A stretch of DNA of 51,404 nt from Polyangiaceae bacterium. Its GTDB lineage: Bacteria > Myxococcota_A > Polyangia > Polyangiales > Polyangiaceae. This document shows, in pieces, positions 48,156 through 51,404 of this stretch. The notes beneath the pieces are model-generated. The model searched no databases and was not told where the DNA came from. It worked only from the letters and a program-made list of their open reading frames with translations. Both the position numbers and the translations under genes were made by a program. Each line of letters begins with the position of its first letter. Within the stretch, counting starts at the first letter, position 1. The stretch spans positions 1 through 51,404 of the forward strand of contig JBGANF010000048.1 in NCBI GenBank assembly GCA_044222475.1, in the 5' to 3' direction.

Positions 48156-48878
48156 TCAGCGGGGCGCCGGCGCGGCGATCGGCGGCGGTTGCGCGCTCGG
48201 CGGCGGGAAGATCACGGCGACTCCGGCGGGGGGCGTGAAGACGAACTGATTCGGCGCGACCGGGTCGTTCACTTTGGGCGCCGAGAAGTCGAAGCGATTG
48301 CGGTTGCCCTGCCTGTCGAGGAGGAGGACGCGCCGAACGTCCCCCGACGCTGCGTCGGCGTAGAAGAGGATCTTCGTGTAGGCGGGCGTGCTCACCACCG
48401 GCTCGGCGACGATGACGTTTCCGCCGGGGAACTGCATCGTGACGCCGCAGAGGAGCTGGAACGCCGTATGGGTCGTGCCGAGCGCGCCGAGAAACGCGAA
48501 GGCGGCGACGTACGGCGATTGCTGACTCACGGGCTGAACGAACGCGCGGCCGCTCGGAGCATCGTACGTGGTGGTCTGCACACCATCGGAGACGACCCGC
48601 GCGCCGGCGGGCTTCGTGAACGTCCAATCGACGCTTGCCGGGCGACTGAAGACGACGTGACCGTTCGAAACGACGGTTTGGTCGTACGCTTTGACGATCA
48701 ACGTCTCGACGAAGTCGCTGCTGAACGTCGCGACGCCGCGATAGCGCTGCTCGACGGCCGCGACCGCGACCGCGGGCGGCGCCGTGCATGGGACGCTCTG
48801 CTGCGCTGCAGCCACTCCGGGCGTCGCGAGGACGGCGACGACCGCGAGCGTGAACGAAGCCGCGCTACCCGTCGCCAT
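48156..48878 (-). CDS. lolA: Outer-membrane lipoprotein carrier LolA-like protein
   Basis: Signal peptide; FSSDF.ET...GHVVFSRP...VSDG...DRQGNRNRFDF...FVFTPPAG. Confidence 0.8.
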   Translation of the reverse strand: MATGSAASFTLAVVAVLATPGVAAAQQSVPCTAPPAVAVAAVEQRYRGVATFSSDFVETLIVKAYDQTVVSNGHVVFSRPASVDWTFTKPAGARVVSDGVQTTTYDAPSGRAFVQPVSQQSPYVAAFAFLGALGTTHTAFQLLCGVTMQFPGGNVIVAEPVVSTPAYTKILFYADAASGDVRRVLLLDRQGNRNRFDFSAPKVNDPVAPNQFVFTPPAGVAVIFPPPSAQPPPIAAPAPR

Positions 48879-50289
48879 GGGCGGATGACAAGGACGTGGG
48901 TTCGTTCATTCCCAAGTCCACCGACTCCACCAGCTCCGGCTCCACCAGCTCGATCGAGCGCCATTTTCCCGAGCGAAACCTCAACACCATGACGAGCGCG
49001 AGCAGACCCAGCGACACCACGAGCCACGCCGCCGCGCCCAGCTCGCGCGCACCGAAGAGGCGCGTCGTGACCAGCGCACCCGGCACGAAGACGAGCCAGT
49101 TGATCGCCACGCGCGCCCACAGACTGAACGTCGTGTCGCCCGCCGCGCGCAGCGCTTCCGCGTAGGCCATCGCGATGCCGTCGGCGAGCTGCCACGCCGA
49201 GCTCAACACGAGCAGCGTCGCGCCGACGTCGAGAAAACGATCCGCACCCTGCGGCACGAGCGGCGCGAGCCACAGCCGCGGCGCGAGGAGGTACGTGATC
49301 CCGATGAACGCCTGCCACCCCGCCGTCGTCGCGACGGTGAGGCGCGCGGTGCGCGGCACGTCGTCTTTCGCGCCCGCGCCGATGGCTTGACCGACGAAGA
49401 TCGACCCCGCCGTCGCGAGCGCGAACGACGGCATGAACGCGATCGAATTGAGCTGAATCACCGCCATCGTCGCCGCGAGCTCCGTCGTGCCGAGGTGACC
49501 GACGACGACGTTCACGAACACGAGGAACGACAGCAGATCCATGAAGAAGTTCAGGCCCACCGGCAGCCCGAAGCGAAGCGTGCGCCCGAGCTCGCGGAGG
49601 CGAAGCGCTCCCGCGCGCGCCTGCGGCGCCTTGATGCGGAGCAGAAAGCACACGGCGAGCAGCGCGAACCCCGTCGACGTACCGAGCGTCGCCGCCCACC
49701 CCGAGCCCGCCACGCCGAGCGCCGGCGCGCCCCAGTGCCCGCGGATGAGCAGCCAACACAGCGCGACGTTCAACGCCATCGCGACGATCTGCGCGACCAT
49801 CGGCAGCACGGTGTTCTTCACCGCCGAGTAGTAGCTACCGAGCGCCTCGAGCCCGACGGCCGCGCCGACGGACAAGAGTCGAATCCGCATGTACTCGACG
49901 AGCAGCTCTCGCACGTGAGGCGAGAGCCCTAGCCAGAACGACAGCTTGGGGAGCAACGGGAGGAGCGAGAGCGCGAGTACCTCGGACCCGAGCGCGATCA
50001 AGAGCCCGTAGAAGCCGAAGCGCCGCGCACCGCTCGCGTCTCCGCGACCCATGAGCTGCGAGACGAACGACCCGATGATGAACACCGTCCCAATTTGGAG
50101 CGCCATGAACGCGAAGCTGTTCAGCGCACCGGTCGTCGTAGCGGCGAGAGAGTCTTCGCCCAGGGGAGCGACCATGATGGCGTCGGTGACGCCGACGACG
50201 ACTTGCGCCGACCGCGAGATGACGATGGGCCACGCAAGCGCGAGCAGCTGGAGAAGCCGCGGCCGGGTGACGACTTCGTCGGAGCTCAT
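48865..50289 (-). CDS. MATE family efflux transporter
   Basis: LALAWPIVI...DAIMVAPLG..SLAA; G.PALGVAG; ALRAAGDT; RFRSGKW. Confidence 0.92.
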   Translation of the reverse strand: MSSDEVVTRPRLLQLLALAWPIVISRSAQVVVGVTDAIMVAPLGEDSLAATTTGALNSFAFMALQIGTVFIIGSFVSQLMGRGDASGARRFGFYGLLIALGSEVLALSLLPLLPKLSFWLGLSPHVRELLVEYMRIRLLSVGAAVGLEALGSYYSAVKNTVLPMVAQIVAMALNVALCWLLIRGHWGAPALGVAGSGWAATLGTSTGFALLAVCFLLRIKAPQARAGALRLRELGRTLRFGLPVGLNFFMDLLSFLVFVNVVVGHLGTTELAATMAVIQLNSIAFMPSFALATAGSIFVGQAIGAGAKDDVPRTARLTVATTAGWQAFIGITYLLAPRLWLAPLVPQGADRFLDVGATLLVLSSAWQLADGIAMAYAEALRAAGDTTFSLWARVAINWLVFVPGALVTTRLFGARELGAAAWLVVSLGLLALVMVLRFRSGKWRSIELVEPELVESVDLGMNEPTSLSSAHGDG

Positions 50290-50400
50290 GGGTCCGCGAA
50301 GGACGTAGCACGCCGCGGGGTCCTGACGAGGGGACGGTGTCAACCTTGTCAACCTTTGGAGAGACGAAGAGGGAGAGAAGAATTCGGGTACGTTTCGACC

Positions 50401-51186
50401 GTGACGATCAAGGAGATCGAAGATGCGTTGCCTTGGGGCCTCCACGACGCGTTGCTCGAGCGTGTTGCGATCGATTGGCTCGCGGCCACGGTCACTTTGT
50501 CGCTGCGCGTGAAGGTGACGGAGCGGCAGGACTTCGATCGCGCGTGCCGGATCGACGTGGGAGGGCTGGTCTTTTGCTCCGTCGACCCTCCGACGGTGGA
50601 TCCGTCGCGCGGCTACGAGTCCGTCCCATCCGGCGGTCTCTGGATCGGCGCCGGCGAGGGCGCCGCCAACGAGGAGTCGGCGAAACAGCTGCCCGAGATC
50701 CCGGACGGTTGTTTCCTTCATTGGATGTTCGTCCGCGATTGGAACCGGTTCATCCACATCTGCGGTCGCACTGCGACCTTCACGTGGACCGAGCCGCAGC
50801 CTCGCCGCGTCGGCGCACCTGCACGACCCGCGCCGCCGGCCGCCGTCGACGCGATCGGGGACATCGTGAACCGCGAGCTCAGCGCAGTCGTATTCGTGCG
50901 CGACTACGTTCAGCTTCAGCTCGACGGGCCCACGGTCACGGTGCTCACGCCCATCACCGTCTCCTCGCGCGGCGTGGTCGCACGCTCAGGCGACACGGGC
51001 TTCAAGGATCTGCTCTGCGACCAAATCTCGAAGACCATCGTCACGGCGGAAGCACGATCGGGAGAGGCGTTGTTGCTGACCGTCTCGGATGGCTCGACGA
51101 TCACGATCTCCCTCGCAGCCGTCGACCACGTCGGTCCGGAGGCCGTGATCATCCAGCGATCCAACTCTCAATGCCAGGTCCTTTAG
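50401..51186 (+). CDS. Two-domain hypothetical protein (two immunity-like modules)
   Basis: LHDALLERVAID domain, Pro/Ala linker, then LSAVVFVRDYVQL...GPEAV domain; GTG lies 6 nt after TACGTT. Confidence 0.6.
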   Translation: MTIKEIEDALPWGLHDALLERVAIDWLAATVTLSLRVKVTERQDFDRACRIDVGGLVFCSVDPPTVDPSRGYESVPSGGLWIGAGEGAANEESAKQLPEIPDGCFLHWMFVRDWNRFIHICGRTATFTWTEPQPRRVGAPARPAPPAAVDAIGDIVNRELSAVVFVRDYVQLQLDGPTVTVLTPITVSSRGVVARSGDTGFKDLLCDQISKTIVTAEARSGEALLLTVSDGSTITISLAAVDHVGPEAVIIQRSNSQCQVL

Positions 51187-51202
51187 GCGTCGACCCCAGC
51201 GA

Positions 51203-51404
51203 CTACTTCCCGAGGCCGAGGCTGAACACGGGGTAGAGCTCCTTCCCGTCGTCCGTCGTACTCACGGCCTCGATCGTCTTGACGACCACCCCGTACGGAA
51301 TGTCCGCGCTCGCCGAGATCGCGACTGCGATCTCGTCGGCGAAGTCGGCGAACGTGCCCTTGATCTGAAGGGCACACCGACGGAGCGCGGCGAAGTCGTA
51401 GCTT
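51203..51404 (-). CDS. ExbD/TolR family protein, C-terminal part
   Basis: YDFAALRRC...AISASADIPYGVVVKTIEAV...ELYP; runs off the window. Confidence 0.75.
   Translation of the reverse strand, partial: SYDFAALRRCALQIKGTFADFADEIAVAISASADIPYGVVVKTIEAVSTTDDGKELYPVFSLGLGK

Overview
High-GC window. The gene content (Cys-rich lipoproteins, a Ser/Thr kinase-TPR protein, DUF2378, DUF4132) suggests a Polyangiales-type myxobacterium (inference). Family calls come from recognised motifs; no searches were run. The main feature is a ~16.7 kb defence island (6247-22949) integrated in tRNA-Ser(TGA), bounded by a 43-bp direct repeat of the tRNA 5' half. It carries an intact large serine recombinase followed by ParB and a truncated ParB, a TIGR04255/HTH/PemK-like triad, and a shattered BREX type 2 locus with extra helicase, YbjN-like and HEPN genes. 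This cargo is scrambled. Two pairs of junctions (CT at 15329 and 18620; TC at 17701 and 22255) are exactly reciprocal and share 2-bp cores. Reordering the blocks from A-B-C-D-E to A-D-C-B-E rejoins four split genes in frame. This is what excision of a 3291-bp circle and its re-insertion into pglY would produce. Four more abrupt gene-to-gene junctions look like deletions. The pattern suggests island-confined, relaxed-specificity serine-recombinase activity. Also present: an orphan immunity-gene array with toxin-tip relics (25290-29173), a second small immunity-like cluster, an orphan arsA, and a window-wide TAnnnT-(6-8 nt)-start-codon pattern indicating leaderless genes.
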